64,000 nt of DNA from Sphyrna mokarran (lineage: Eukaryota): contig JAGIQG010000012.1 in assembly GCA_024679065.1 (NCBI GenBank), positions 54,188,001 to 54,252,000 on the forward strand, in the 5' to 3' direction. The position numbers and the translations under genes were made by a program. Shown here one piece after another: positions 63,466-64,000 of the stretch; the stretch's first letter is position 1; every line of letters starts with the position of its first letter. The notes under the pieces were generated by a model. The model saw only the letters and a program-made list of their open reading frames with translations, had not been told where the DNA came from and searched no databases.

Positions 63466-64000
63466 CCGCAGTACCTTGGCTTTTTGATAATAAACAATGT
63501 ACATTTTAAAGACAAGACAATAAGACAGAGGGGATAGTATATGCATGATCAAGATTAACAGCAAAAGGACTAGTTCAGAATGGAATTTGTAAAAAAACGT
63601 GAAAATTTAAATCTTAGCAATTTCACAAAAAATGTTGGCAGTTCAATTTCTCATTTCATTTACGCTGAAGTCATATTTGGACCAAAACGGTCCTAAATTC
63701 AATCCCTGATTTTTCGTTGTTAGCTGATCTCAGCCAACCATGTAGCATTACAATTCATCTGAAGTCTCTGGTTGTCAGGAGGATTCCCTCTCCTGATTCC
63801 AATGTAATGACTCCTGTTGGAAATGGACATGTGTAAACATCAAGAAAAAGCAAAATTGCCTTGTCAATGATGCCGCTTACATTTGAATAGTTTTGCATCA
63901 CTCTCTGTTCAGACTCCTGCATAAGTAATAGATACTTTGGTTAAGTACTGAAGAATGACTGGCAGCTACTAAATCAATGCTTTCAGAAGAAGAAGAAAGC

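Noticed and set aside
63685-63970. Possible ancient SINE-like element (also near 61780-61900)
   Set aside because: Too decayed to assign to a family without a database search.
60351-64000. Search for USH2A exon 11
   Set aside because: No cysteine-patterned, splice-bounded segment seen; presumably outside the window.

Overview
Eukaryotic, AT-rich, repeat-dense DNA from a cartilaginous fish, most likely a shark (judged from HE1/V-SINE, CR1, Penelope and Harbinger families). The whole window lies inside the usherin gene USH2A on the minus strand. Nine coding exons, equivalent to human exons 12-20 (laminin-EGF repeats, then fibronectin-III repeats), can be placed to the base with consistent splice phases. 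One of them uses a GC donor. The introns contain V-SINEs, a DeuSINE, CR1 LINE fragments, decayed PIF/Harbinger transposase and Myb/SANT remnants with derived MITEs, palindromic Penelope-like elements carrying minimal hammerhead-ribozyme motifs, and a degenerate tRNA-Ser/tRNA-Thr pair. The most unusual pattern is three independent 140-200 bp local duplications, each apparently copied from 1.2-1.45 kb to the right into an older repeat. Human exon sizes and repeat consensus sequences are recalled from memory, not looked up.
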